The notes: generated from the sequence alone by a model not told the origin. A stretch of DNA of 64,000 bases from Candidatus Binatia bacterium (GCA_035544215.1 DATKHY010000003.1:697878-761877); one strand, 5' to 3'; positions 16,580-25,360 are shown, counted from the stretch's first letter. Translations and numbers: made by a program.

Positions 16580-18358
16580 CTATTGCGGCGCGTGGCTGCT
16601 CAGATCGTGTTGCATCTGGGTGGCCAGTGGCGCGAGCGCGCGAATTTGCGGGAGCGTGGTCGATTCGAGGCGCTTGATCAGATCGTCATCGAAGATGGCA
16701 CGCGCGTCATCTAGACGCCCGAGATTGAAGAGCGCCATGCCCTTATTGTATTGCGCGGCCGGAGCCAGGTCGCGCTCTTGCGGGCTCGTAGCCGCTTCGA
16801 GGCGAGCGACTAGGTCGTCATCGAAGATCTTCAGCGCGTCGTCGAAGCGGCCGAGATCGAGGAGTGCGAGCCCCCTGTTGTACTCGGCGGCCACAGCGAG
16901 GTCATGCACTTGCGGGACGGTGGCCGCCTCGAGGCGCTTGATCAGATCGTCGTTGAAGATGGCGAGCGCATCGTCAAAACGCCCGAGATTGAGTAGTGCC
17001 ACGCCTTTGTTGTAGAGTGCGGCCGGCGCGAGCTCGCGCACTTCTCGGCGAGTTGACGCTTCGAGGCTCTTGACCAGATCGTCATCGAAGATCGCGAGCG
17101 CGTCCGCGTAACGCCCGACGTACAGCAGCGTGAGGCCCCTGCTGTAGGCCGCGGCGGGAGCGAGCTCGCGCACCTGCGGGAGCTGGGATGCTGCGAGATG
17201 CTTGATCAGATCGTCGTCGAGGATGGCGAGAGCGTCGCTATAACGTCCAAGAGAAAGTAGCGCCGATCCCCTGAAGTAGAGCGCCGCCCAGGCGTACTCA
17301 CGCACTTGCGGGTTCGAATCGCCTTCGAGACGCTTGACCAGATCATCGTTAAACGTGTCGAGTGCCGCGGCGAGTTGCCCGAGCATCATGAGCGCTAGGC
17401 CTTTGTTGTAAACGGCGAGCGCTACCCACTGAAGCACATCGGAGTCAGTCGAGGACCCGAACCGGCTAAGCATTGCATCGGACGCCGCCAGCGCCTTTTC
17501 CGGCTGGGTTAATTGATAGTACACGGCGCTTTCGTTCAATAAAGCCTGGGCCACCTGTTTTTGCGTCGCTTCGGGATCGCGAACGACTGCATCAAAACAT
17601 TCTGCTGCCAGGTTGAGATCCTGAGCGGCGTACGCGGCCAGCCCTCGATCGAGCCAATCCTTGGCCGTGTACGTGCTCTTGGGCGTACTCTCTAGTTTCT
17701 TTTCACGGGCCTGGACGGCACGCGCTTCTTCCTCCGAAAGACTCGCCTGCTTCCCCTTATCGAGCGCGTTCTGCAGCTTGGCGAATCCTTTGTCCCATAA
17801 GTCACTCGCGTGGCCGAGTTGAATGTCGGCGCGAGCGATTAGGCCTGAAAGGTATAGCCGAGTGATGAGGAAACCGCTGGTGAATCCCAATATCGGGAAG
17901 TAGATCGTGACCGCTAGCGCCGCGGCGGCGCTCGACGAATGATACGCCGGGCTGGTGGCCCCGACGAACTGCGATATCGCCGACGGTATCTTATACAGCT
18001 CCACCAACCCCAGGCCGACGATGATCTTGGTGAGCCAGTCGGAAATCTGTTCGAGGTTTGTGTTAGGGGTGAGTAACGGATGTTGCTGAGCGCCGTCGGC
18101 TGCGGCGGACGCTACCTTCGGAATGCCAAAGAGAAAGCCGACCAGCAGGCCCGCGATGAAAAGGCCGCCGGCGATGAACGCCGGGAGCTGCCAATATCCC
18201 CAGCCTTGGCTCAGCGCCAGCAGCAACATCCCCGCTAAGAGCGCGACCAAAATGCCTTTAGCGATGGCTTGAGATGCTTCTGCTAGCTCAACCACCTCGC
18301 GTTCCCGCGCGAGGCGCTGCTCGTCCGATGGCGTCGTCGTGGGAGGCCCGTCACTCAT
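16580..18358 (-). CDS. 4-TM N-terminal domain protein with TPR-like 44-aa tandem repeats
   Basis: 592 aa. TM helices lie around aa 35-55, 58-80, 108-122 and 143-168. There are one or two TPR-like units, then about 7 units of exactly 44 aa (LGRFDDALAIFDDDLIKRLEAAT.PQVRELAPAA.YN.GLALL.). Confidence 0.85.
   Translation of the reverse strand: MSDGPPTTTPSDEQRLAREREVVELAEASQAIAKGILVALLAGMLLLALSQGWGYWQLPAFIAGGLFIAGLLVGFLFGIPKVASAAADGAQQHPLLTPNTNLEQISDWLTKIIVGLGLVELYKIPSAISQFVGATSPAYHSSSAAAALAVTIYFPILGFTSGFLITRLYLSGLIARADIQLGHASDLWDKGFAKLQNALDKGKQASLSEEEARAVQAREKKLESTPKSTYTAKDWLDRGLAAYAAQDLNLAAECFDAVVRDPEATQKQVAQALLNESAVYYQLTQPEKALAASDAMLSRFGSSTDSDVLQWVALAVYNKGLALMMLGQLAAALDTFNDDLVKRLEGDSNPQVREYAWAALYFRGSALLSLGRYSDALAILDDDLIKHLAASQLPQVRELAPAAAYSRGLTLLYVGRYADALAIFDDDLVKSLEASTRREVRELAPAALYNKGVALLNLGRFDDALAIFNDDLIKRLEAATVPQVHDLAVAAEYNRGLALLDLGRFDDALKIFDDDLVARLEAATSPQERDLAPAAQYNKGMALFNLGRLDDARAIFDDDLIKRLESTTLPQIRALAPLATQMQHDLSSHAPQ
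16619..17515 (-). repeat. 132-bp tandem coding repeat (about 7 units)
   Basis: The motif GA(T/C)(C/T)AG(A/G)TCGTC(A/G)TCGAAGAT recurs at 16676, 16808, 16940, 17072 and 17204, with a degenerate copy at 17336. The spacing is exactly 132 nt. Confidence 0.8.
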
Positions 18359-18384
18359 TCGACGGGCCTCTTTCTAGGCAGGGG

Positions 18385-19272
18385 CTATTGCCACATGCCC
18401 TTAAGGTCCGAGGCCGTGCAGGCGTTCGCGGTGCAGGCTACGCCTGTAATCGTCTCGATCGTGCGCAGAACCGAGTAGTGGTCGACGTTCTGATTGTACG
18501 AACCCGGTTTCACCGTCGGCCCGATCAGCAGGGTCGCGATCTGGTTCTTTCCGTTCTTGTCGGGTGAGGCTTCGTCCCAGGTGAGGATCAGCAGACCGCG
18601 ATGCGCGGTGTTGTACTTCAGGATCGCGGGGACGTTCTTCGCAAGCCACGTGTCACCGGTTTTCGTGCTGCAATCGTGCATGTCGTTGCAGAGGTTCGGC
18701 ACGACGATCGCCAGCGTCGGCGGCGATTTTGGGAAGCGCTGATACACGAGATTCGACGTCGCCGGTACGTTGGTGAAGTTCACCCACGGGTTGTGCTTGC
18801 GCGCGTATTCGCCCGCATAGCAGCCGGTGTATCCGTCGTGCGGCATCGACTCCGAATAGCCGTCGAAGCCTTTTCCGCCGGTCAGCAACTCGGCCCCGAC
18901 GTTCTCGGTTGAAAACGTGTGCGGACAGGAATCGTCGGTGATTCCTTGCGTCGAACCCGAGAAGAACGCGAGGTAGTTCGGTTGGCTCGGATGGCCGATG
19001 GCGTGGCTGTTTGTCATGAGCGCCGCCTCCGGCACGAGCGTTTTGTTAATGTACGGAGCCTGCGAGCTGCCGATGACCAGATCGTAATCGCGATTTTCCA
19101 TAATGATGACGACGACGTTATTCGCGTGCGGTTTGGCCACAGCGTCGGCTGCGACGATGTTGGCCGGAGCGCCGGCCGCGCTCGGTGCGCCGATGCTCAT
19201 GCCGGCACAACCGGCCAGCAGCGCCGCGGTAACGCCTTGCAGTTTTCGAAGGCAGATTGACAGTTCACTCAT
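18385..19272 (-). CDS. Phosphoesterase-family lipoprotein (acid phosphatase / PLC-type fold), short form
   Basis: ORF track gives 18385..19299; ATG 19272 has AAGGAG 7 nt upstream. Lipobox is ALLAGC. Motifs VVVIIMENRDYDLVIG...PYINK...NYLAFFSGSTQG are typical of the phosphoesterase family. Confidence 0.85.
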   Translation of the reverse strand: MSELSICLRKLQGVTAALLAGCAGMSIGAPSAAGAPANIVAADAVAKPHANNVVVIIMENRDYDLVIGSSQAPYINKTLVPEAALMTNSHAIGHPSQPNYLAFFSGSTQGITDDSCPHTFSTENVGAELLTGGKGFDGYSESMPHDGYTGCYAGEYARKHNPWVNFTNVPATSNLVYQRFPKSPPTLAIVVPNLCNDMHDCSTKTGDTWLAKNVPAILKYNTAHRGLLILTWDEASPDKNGKNQIATLLIGPTVKPGSYNQNVDHYSVLRTIETITGVACTANACTASDLKGMWQ

Positions 19273-19368
19273 ATGCGCACTCCTTTTTCCACCAGTCACC
19301 GTTTCGGAGTTTGCGGATTGGGGCCTTGGTTAAGGAGTGTTAGCAGCCCGGCGTGAAAACACGAAGGC

Positions 19369-19839
19369 ATGATTAGTCTCGCTACGGGGCTCGCCGTACA
19401 CGAAGGGCGTGTCCTGCTCGTCGCGTCGCGCTATCCCAATCATGCCGATCCGCTGTGGAATCTGCCGGGCGGACGGCAGCAGCGCGGCGAGCTCCTCAAG
19501 GAGACCGTCGTACGCGAGGTGTTCGAGGAGACGGGGCTGCGCGTGGAGGTTGGGGAGCTCGCCTACGTGAGCGAGAGCTACGATGGGGCAATCCACTTTT
19601 TGAATGTGACGTTCAACGTCATGCTTCAACAAGCTCGGCATGACACTGGGAGGCACGACGCTCGAAGCGATCATGTCGTGACGCTGGAGTGGGTGCCCAT
19701 CGAGGAGTTAGCGGAAAGGATCGTCGTCCGCGTAGTGCGAGAACCGCTGCTCGGGTATCTACGCGGTGCGCTGCCGGGACGGTACGCCGGATATCACGAC
19801 GCCGGCATTACGATCGAGTGGCCCGCCGACTCGCAATAG
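19369..19839 (+). CDS. NUDIX hydrolase
   Basis: A complete Nudix box is present: GGRQQRGELLKETVVREVFEETGL (G-x5-E-x7-REUXEEXGU). Confidence 0.9.
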   Translation: MISLATGLAVHEGRVLLVASRYPNHADPLWNLPGGRQQRGELLKETVVREVFEETGLRVEVGELAYVSESYDGAIHFLNVTFNVMLQQARHDTGRHDARSDHVVTLEWVPIEELAERIVVRVVREPLLGYLRGALPGRYAGYHDAGITIEWPADSQ

Positions 19840-19852
19840 TTAAGGAGACCTT

Positions 19853-20491
19853 ATGAATTTGGCGTTATTCGGTGCTACCGGGCCAACCGGAATGAACTTA
19901 CTCGAGCGGGCGATAGCAGGCGGCGATACTATTCGGGCGCTCGCGCGGACGCCGGAAAGGCTAAGCCACTTCCGCGATCGCGTGACGGTGATTCACGGGG
20001 ACGTACTAGACGAAAGGACTGTTGCCGAGGCGATCGTTCCCGGTACCGATGCCGTGCTTTCCGCGCTGGGGGTGCCCCCGTCCCAGCGGGACACGAGCTT
20101 TACGCTGCGGCGAGGGATGCATAACATTTTATCGGCGATGCGAGCCTCGGGGACACGGCGCGTCTTAGCCGTTTCAGCATCTGCGTTGTACGTCGATTCT
20201 TTCGACAACCTTCTCTTGCGAATCGCAAAGCCCGCGCTGCAGCGCCTGTTTGCAAAGATGTACGACGACCTGCGTGCGATGGACTCCGAGCTCGAGGGCG
20301 CACAATGTGACTGGACAAGCGTGGTCGCGCCGCAGCTCAACAACAAACCACCCACGGGACAGTACCGAGTGGCGGTTGGCCACAACCTCCCGCGCGGCTA
20401 CTCGATCACGCGTGCCGACCTCGCCCACTCCATGTTCGATTTGATCCTCGACACGAGCGCCTTTCGGCGGCGCGTCTTCGTCGCGAACTAG
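19853..20491 (+). CDS. NAD(P)H-binding atypical SDR (NmrA/BVR-B-like)
   Basis: N-terminal Rossmann motif LALFGATGPTGMNLLERAIAGGDTIRALAR. The 212-aa length is typical of NAD(P)-binding domain proteins. Confidence 0.85.
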   Translation: MNLALFGATGPTGMNLLERAIAGGDTIRALARTPERLSHFRDRVTVIHGDVLDERTVAEAIVPGTDAVLSALGVPPSQRDTSFTLRRGMHNILSAMRASGTRRVLAVSASALYVDSFDNLLLRIAKPALQRLFAKMYDDLRAMDSELEGAQCDWTSVVAPQLNNKPPTGQYRVAVGHNLPRGYSITRADLAHSMFDLILDTSAFRRRVFVAN

Positions 20492-20556
20492 GGCGGGCGC
20501 GGGCTGTGCCGAAGTCCTTCAGCGCTCTTCCGTTGAGCTTCCGGGAGGTGTCGCAG

Positions 20557-21519
20557 ATGAGAATCTTGCTCAGCGCCGCAGCCATGATCTTGCTCGCAGG
20601 ATGCGGAGGCCTTCCACAGGCTCAGGTTGGAACGCAGCCGCCGGGCATCGCGCCGGGGGGCCCGGTAGGCGCAATAGGGAGCACGGACTTGCTCTACGCC
20701 GCGGGGCAGCACTTTGGCTACGTCTTTACCTACCCCGCGGGGAAGTTAGTAGGGTCCTTCCCGCTGCGCATCCACCGTCAGCAAGGCTATTCAAACGGCC
20801 TCTGCTCGGACTCGGGCGGCGACGTTTTTCTAACGGTCTTTTCCGCGAGCTTCGTTAAGATATTCGAATACGCGCACGGCGGCACCAAGCCGATCGCCGA
20901 GTTACGTGACCCACAGCCTACGCCGATCGGTTGCGCTAGCGATCCGACGAGCGGCAACCTTGCGGTAACGAACTCGTTTCCCACCGAGGGCCTAGAGAGC
21001 GTGGCCATCTACAAGGGCACGCAGGGCAAAGCGAAACTCTACTACTCGATCCCAGAAATGCACGTCTTAGCGTTTTGCGCTTACCACAATGCGGGCGATC
21101 TCTTCGTCGATGGCAAGAACAGAACGAACGGCCGGTTCGCGCTTGCCGAGCTTCCAAAAGGCAGCGGCACGTTTCAAAGCATTACCGTCAAGGGACTCGA
21201 TACCCGCAAGCCGGGCAACCTCCAGTGGATAGGCAACTACCTGACTGTCGCCGTTCCCACCGCCCACAGGATCTACACGCTGCAAGTCTCGGGCACGACC
21301 GGGACGATCGTCGGCACGACTGTGCTTCATCGATGGGATACGCGTACGACTGTGCAGTCGTGGATCGACGGCAACACCGTCATCGCTCCACGCGGCCTAA
21401 CGAATGAGACGATCGCATTCTGGAATTACCCTCAAGGCGGCAAGCCGGTCAAAACACTCCGTGGCTTTGCGGCCGGATACATTCACGGCGTGACGGTTAG
21501 CACAGGACAAGGCCGGTAA
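20557..21519 (+). CDS. P1-family beta-propeller-like lipoprotein (divergent copy)
   Basis: ORF track gives 20506..21519; ATG 20557 gives MRILLSAAAMILLAGCGG. P1 motifs: GLCSDSGGDVFL, FEYAHGGTKPI, GCASDPTSGNLAVTN, GDLFVDG, ELPKGSGTFQSI, LQWIGNYLTV, FWNYPQGGKPV. Confidence 0.8.
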   Translation: MRILLSAAAMILLAGCGGLPQAQVGTQPPGIAPGGPVGAIGSTDLLYAAGQHFGYVFTYPAGKLVGSFPLRIHRQQGYSNGLCSDSGGDVFLTVFSASFVKIFEYAHGGTKPIAELRDPQPTPIGCASDPTSGNLAVTNSFPTEGLESVAIYKGTQGKAKLYYSIPEMHVLAFCAYHNAGDLFVDGKNRTNGRFALAELPKGSGTFQSITVKGLDTRKPGNLQWIGNYLTVAVPTAHRIYTLQVSGTTGTIVGTTVLHRWDTRTTVQSWIDGNTVIAPRGLTNETIAFWNYPQGGKPVKTLRGFAAGYIHGVTVSTGQGR

Positions 21520-21538
21520 ATCGAGGGTTACCTTCACG

Positions 21539-22111
21539 TCACCCTTCGACAGGCTCAGGGCGACGCCGGGCGGACCAGCGGGGGCGGTCGATGGTGAGCA
21601 GGATCACGTCGACGGGTTTTCCCGCGACCGTCGCGCCGCGCGGAAGCATGCCTTCGTCCTCGAAGCCGTTGCGGCGCAGCACCGCGCGCGACGGGAGATT
21701 CTCCGGCAGGCAGTAGGCGCGAATGCGCTGCACGCGCGTGCGGCGGAAGCCTTCGTCGACCAGCGCCGCGACCGCCTCGGTAGCGAAGCCGCGACCGCGG
21801 TGCGCGCGCACGACGCTGTAGCCGATCTCCGCCGTGGAGCGGCTCGACTCCGAGATGCGCAGCGAGACCCATCCCAGCGTCTCAGTCCTGTCGCCGAGGT
21901 GCACGAGCCATTCGAAGCGGCCGGTCGCACCCGGGCCAAAGCGCGTCGGGCGGCTGCCTACGGTGCGCAGGAACTGCGCGCGGTTGACGTCAGGAAGGTC
22001 CTGAAAGTCGCGCAGATCCGGCTCCTGCAGCACCTCCCAGAGAACTCCGGCGTTGGCCGCCGTCACCGGCTCCAGCCGTAGACGCGCCGTCCGAATCGTC
22101 CTCACCAGCAT
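21539..22111 (-). CDS. GNAT family N-acetyltransferase (RimJ/RimL-like)
   Basis: ORF track runs to 22156; the likely start is MLVRTIRTARLRLEPV at 22111. Motifs: AEIGYSVVRAHRGRGFATEAVAALVDEGF...NLPSRAVLRRNGF. Confidence 0.85.
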   Translation of the reverse strand: MLVRTIRTARLRLEPVTAANAGVLWEVLQEPDLRDFQDLPDVNRAQFLRTVGSRPTRFGPGATGRFEWLVHLGDRTETLGWVSLRISESSRSTAEIGYSVVRAHRGRGFATEAVAALVDEGFRRTRVQRIRAYCLPENLPSRAVLRRNGFEDEGMLPRGATVAGKPVDVILLTIDRPRWSARRRPEPVEG

Positions 22112-22158
22112 CGCTCCATCACTTGCCGTTCTACCCGCCCCGCGTGATCGGTGCAACG

Positions 22159-22488
22159 ATGGATTTGGCTGCAGCCTACGCCGGGACCGCGCCCGCGTGG
22201 GTCGATTTTACCGGAACGGTCGCGTCGCGTCCGCGCTTCTTCTACGGCTCGCGCACGCACTGCATGCACGAGGCCTTCGACGTACAGAGCAGCGCTGGAA
22301 GGCTCGAGGTGGTCGACAACGTGAGCATCGCGCCGCGCTGTCCCGCACGCGCCGGCGATACGATCGAGATCTGCGGCGAGATGGTTCACGATCCGGGGCG
22401 GCTGCCGGTCGTCCACTGGACCCATCACGATCCCGGCAACCGCCATCCGGACGGATTCATTCGCCTACGCGGGCGGCTCTACGCGTAA
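22159..22488 (+). CDS. DUF3465-like protein
   Basis: ORF track gives 22123..22488. The C-terminal GDTIEICGEMVHDPGRLPVVHWTHHDPGNRHPDGFIRLRGRLY matches the DUF3465 signature (HWTH.DP...H..G(W/F)I). Confidence 0.6.
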   Translation: MDLAAAYAGTAPAWVDFTGTVASRPRFFYGSRTHCMHEAFDVQSSAGRLEVVDNVSIAPRCPARAGDTIEICGEMVHDPGRLPVVHWTHHDPGNRHPDGFIRLRGRLYA

Positions 22489-22505
22489 CGAAGGTGATGC
22501 CGGAG

Positions 22506-23003
22506 CTAAATGACCCAGACGGCTCCCTTGCCGTGCCCCGCGCAGCTCGGGAACGCGGAACACTTGAACGAGATAGTTTGAGAGTAGTGGCCAATCTTGG
22601 TCGATTTCGTGGCGGTCACCGTTTCGGTCGTCGGGTTGCCGGGATTGGGGCTGAACGTGCCGGCGAGGCCGGCATGGCTCATCTTGGTCGACCAGTGGAC
22701 CCTGCCGCACTTTACGACCTTCGAGCCCTTCTTGCACGTCAGCTTGATGCCGAGCTTCGCGCTGCCGCCCGGCCTCACGCAGACCTTGAGTATTTTTGGA
22801 TTCGTGCACGCGTCGGGCATGAAGCCCTCCGGCGCCATGCCGCTCACGCTAAACCCCGCCGTCATCCGCGAGGACGGCGCGAAGCCGGATCCCGCTCCGG
22901 TGCTCGGTAAGGACCGGCCGCCCGAGCAGCCGGCAATGAGTAACACTCCCACAGCTAAACCCGCTAGGTACGGGCGCGCTCCGCGGTTGAAAAGTAGCTT
23001 CAC
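22506..23003 (-). CDS. Hypothetical Cys-rich lipoprotein
   Basis: The ORF-track ORF is trimmed to GTG 23003 (AAAGGAGG 5 nt upstream): VKLLFNRGARPYLAGLAVGVLLIAGCSGG. It is the last gene of the co-directional run 24901->22506. Confidence 0.6.
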   Translation of the reverse strand: MKLLFNRGARPYLAGLAVGVLLIAGCSGGRSLPSTGAGSGFAPSSRMTAGFSVSGMAPEGFMPDACTNPKILKVCVRPGGSAKLGIKLTCKKGSKVVKCGRVHWSTKMSHAGLAGTFSPNPGNPTTETVTATKSTKIGHYSQTISFKCSAFPSCAGHGKGAVWVI

Positions 23004-23026
23004 CGCAACCTCCTTTTTGACACCTG

Positions 23027-23821
23027 CTACTTGCGTGATACGTACTGCGCCACCTGCCCGCGATGGGCCGAATCCATTCGCAACAGCTCCGGTATCGTCA
23101 CGAAGCGATAGCCGCGGCGCTTGAGCGTGTCGACGATCAGGCGCGTCGCTTCGACGTCCGAGCTGCGGTCGCATAGGCTCGGTGCGTGCATGCGCGCGCA
23201 GAGGATGCCGCGGTTGCCGTCGTGCAGCGTGATGATGGCGCCGTCACCCGCATAGCGCAGCACGCGCGCCGCGATCACGCGCGGCGGCGGATCCTCCCAG
23301 TCGTTGGCGAGCGGAACCGACCACATCACCGGCGTGTAGCCCAGCTTTCGAACCTCGTCGAGCACGAGCCAGTCGCGCGAACCGAAGGGCGGACGCATGA
23401 TTCGCGTGTGACGCCCGGTCGCGGCGAAGATGGCCGCGTCGGTACGCTGCAACGTGCGGCGCAGCCCCGTTTCGTCGTAGAGCACGAGGTGACCGTGATT
23501 CCACGTGTGATTGCCAACAGCGTCCCCCGCCGCGGCCTCGCGGCGCACGATCTGCGGGTAGGCCTGCACCGCGCGCCCCACGACGAAGAACGTCGCGTGC
23601 ACGTGCTCGTCGCGCAGCACATCGAGAATCTCGGCCGTGTACGGCGGATTCGGGCCGTCGTCGAACGTGAGCGCGACGACGCGCTGGTTCTTCGGGCCGC
23701 TCACGAGCGTCTTGCCGAAGAGCTGGTTGCCCGGGCTTTCGGCCGCCTCGTACGCGACGAAGAGCAGCGCCGCGAGCAGCGCAGCGCACACCGAGACGCG
23801 GAGGGCGAATCGCGTTCGCAC
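23027..23821 (-). CDS. Polysaccharide deacetylase (CE4, NodB homology domain)
   Basis: VVALTFDDGPNPPYTAEILDVL...ATFFVVG...GNHTWNHGHL are canonical NodB motifs (TFDDGP, H-x-x-x-H). Confidence 0.9.
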   Translation of the reverse strand: MRTRFALRVSVCAALLAALLFVAYEAAESPGNQLFGKTLVSGPKNQRVVALTFDDGPNPPYTAEILDVLRDEHVHATFFVVGRAVQAYPQIVRREAAAGDAVGNHTWNHGHLVLYDETGLRRTLQRTDAAIFAATGRHTRIMRPPFGSRDWLVLDEVRKLGYTPVMWSVPLANDWEDPPPRVIAARVLRYAGDGAIITLHDGNRGILCARMHAPSLCDRSSDVEATRLIVDTLKRRGYRFVTIPELLRMDSAHRGQVAQYVSRK

Positions 23822-23824
23822 GCG

Positions 23825-24475
23825 TTAGCCGTGCAGCCCGCGGATCCGGGCCTGCGCCGCTGCTACGTTGCGACGAAACTCGTCCGGCCCGAAGTCTCGG
23901 AAGGCCTGGACGATCTGCGCGTAGTGCGGATCGGCGATCTGCGAGCTCTGCAAGCGCAAGAGATCCTTGGGCACGCCCTTGGAGAGGTCGATGTTGAATT
24001 GGCGCCCGGCTTTAGTCGCCCAGTACTCCGGGTTCGTGAACGTCACCGTCCGCTCGCCCTGCTTGTAGTCCGCAAGCTGCTTGACGTAGACCGTGTAGAA
24101 TGCGTCCGGCTCGGGGAGCGGCGGCTTGTCGATCAGTTGCCAGATTCCGTCTTGCTCCAACAATCCGAAAAAGAAGCTCACGTCGTAGACGCGCGCCGCC
24201 GGCGCATTGACCTTGATCACGTGGCCGTTGTAGCCGCGAATCTCGTACTCGAAGCTCGAGACGCCCTCGACGTCGGACATCCGGTACGCCTCCTGATAGA
24301 TCGGGGGCTTCGGATACTTGATCGTCATCCGCGCGTAGAGCTCGCTCGGCGCGTGCTGCGCATGAATCGCCGGCGCGAACCGGCCCATCTCGCCCGGTCC
24401 GTAGATCCGCCAGCCCAGAAAGAGCATCACCGCCGATAGGACGATGATGAAGAGCCCGATGGGGAAACGGCGCAT
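23825..24475 (-). CDS. Hypothetical membrane-anchored protein
   Basis: 216 aa with N-terminal TM helix FPIGLFIIVLSAVMLFLGW. It sits 3 nt upstream of the deacetylase gene. No domain recognised. Confidence 0.65.
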   Translation of the reverse strand: MRRFPIGLFIIVLSAVMLFLGWRIYGPGEMGRFAPAIHAQHAPSELYARMTIKYPKPPIYQEAYRMSDVEGVSSFEYEIRGYNGHVIKVNAPAARVYDVSFFFGLLEQDGIWQLIDKPPLPEPDAFYTVYVKQLADYKQGERTVTFTNPEYWATKAGRQFNIDLSKGVPKDLLRLQSSQIADPHYAQIVQAFRDFGPDEFRRNVAAAQARIRGLHG

Positions 24476-24484
24476 TATCGCGGC

Positions 24485-24901
24485 CTACTTTACCGGTGCG
24501 TTCGCTTCCTGGTCGAGCACCCGGTTGACCAGGCGATCGGCCACGACGTTCTGCTCGCGCGGCACGTGTCCGATATCGACGCTCTCAAACGCACGTAGCA
24601 GCCGCATGGCTTGGCGATGAAGCGGCTGCAGTCCGGCGTTTTTGACGCGATACTCGCCGCGCAGCTGCTTCACTACGAGCTCGGAGTCCAGACGCACTCG
24701 CAGGCTACGGATTCCACGCTTGCTCGCGGCCTCCAAACCGAGCAAGAGCGCGGTCCATTCCGCGACGTTGTTGGTGGCAACGCCGAGATAGGCGCCAATC
24801 TCCTCGAGCAGCTCGCCGCCGGGCGCGATCAGGACCGCGGCGCTCGCCGCGGGACCGGGGTTACCGCGGGATCCGCCGTCGGCGAAGAGCGTCGCTTCCA
24901 T
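24485..24901 (-). CDS. Ribonuclease H (RNase HI family)
   Basis: Trimmed to ATG 24901 (MEATLFADGGSRGNPGPAA...NNVAEWTALLLGLEAA...DSELVVKQL...HVPREQNVVADRL). The DEDD-type RNase H motifs are present. Confidence 0.85.
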   Translation of the reverse strand: MEATLFADGGSRGNPGPAASAAVLIAPGGELLEEIGAYLGVATNNVAEWTALLLGLEAASKRGIRSLRVRLDSELVVKQLRGEYRVKNAGLQPLHRQAMRLLRAFESVDIGHVPREQNVVADRLVNRVLDQEANAPVK

Positions 24902-24964
24902 TGCAGGCCGCCCTTCGGCGGCAGCAAGGCATAGACCGCCCGCCAGCGGGGTACACGGGATAGC

Positions 24965-25321
24965 ATGATGCACACGTCCATTCTTCGCGCCGCCGCGCTG
25001 GCGGCGGCCCTCGCGCCGGTCCTCGCGGCGCCGCACAGCCTCGCCGCCGCCCAGAACTCGACGTTCTACGGCATTACCGTGCACGTCTCGTCGACCAACA
25101 TTAAGGTTCAGGACCCCAAGACGAAGCAGGTCCTAAGCTTCACGATCGTGCCGAAGTTCGACCAGGTCTTCTCCGCCAACGGCAAGACGACGTACCAAAT
25201 GAGCGCGGTCAAGGCCGGCCAATACGTCGGCATCATCTACGATCAGCGGGCGCTCGGGGTGCGCCACGCGGACAAGATCTATTTGTTGACTAACGCTAAT
25301 CAAAGGATCGGAACGCAGTAA
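24965..25321 (+). CDS. Small secreted protein, unknown function
   Basis: 118 aa with signal peptide MMHTSILRAAALAAALAPVLAAPHSLAAA and a beta-rich mature part. Confidence 0.6.
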   Translation: MMHTSILRAAALAAALAPVLAAPHSLAAAQNSTFYGITVHVSSTNIKVQDPKTKQVLSFTIVPKFDQVFSANGKTTYQMSAVKAGQYVGIIYDQRALGVRHADKIYLLTNANQRIGTQ

Positions 25322-25331
25322 CGAGAAGTGC

Positions 25332-25359
25332 GCCGCCTCCCGAAATCGAAAGAGGCGGC
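25332..25359 (+). promoter_or_regulatory. 8-bp GC hairpin whose 3-prime arm contains the RBS of the phosphoesterase gene
   Basis: GCCGCCTC-ccgaaatcgaaa-GAGGCGGC ends 1 nt before ATG 25361. The AGAGG Shine-Dalgarno lies in the 3-prime arm. Confidence 0.3.
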
Positions 25360-25360
25360 T

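Noticed and set aside
16619-17515. CRISPR-like regular repeat
   Set aside because: The 132-bp periodicity lies inside a long open reading frame. The whole unit is repeated, so there are no unique spacers, and it encodes a 44-aa helical repeat. No cas genes are present.
22053-22910. 285-aa plus-strand ORF
   Set aside because: It overlaps the GNAT gene, the DUF3465-like gene and the lipoprotein gene in wrong frames or strands. Its composition is Arg-rich.
23186-24439. 417-aa plus-strand ORF
   Set aside because: It lies entirely antisense to the well-supported CE4 deacetylase and the 216-aa membrane protein genes. The Arg/Val/His-rich composition is typical of shadow frames in high-GC DNA, and there are no recognisable motifs.
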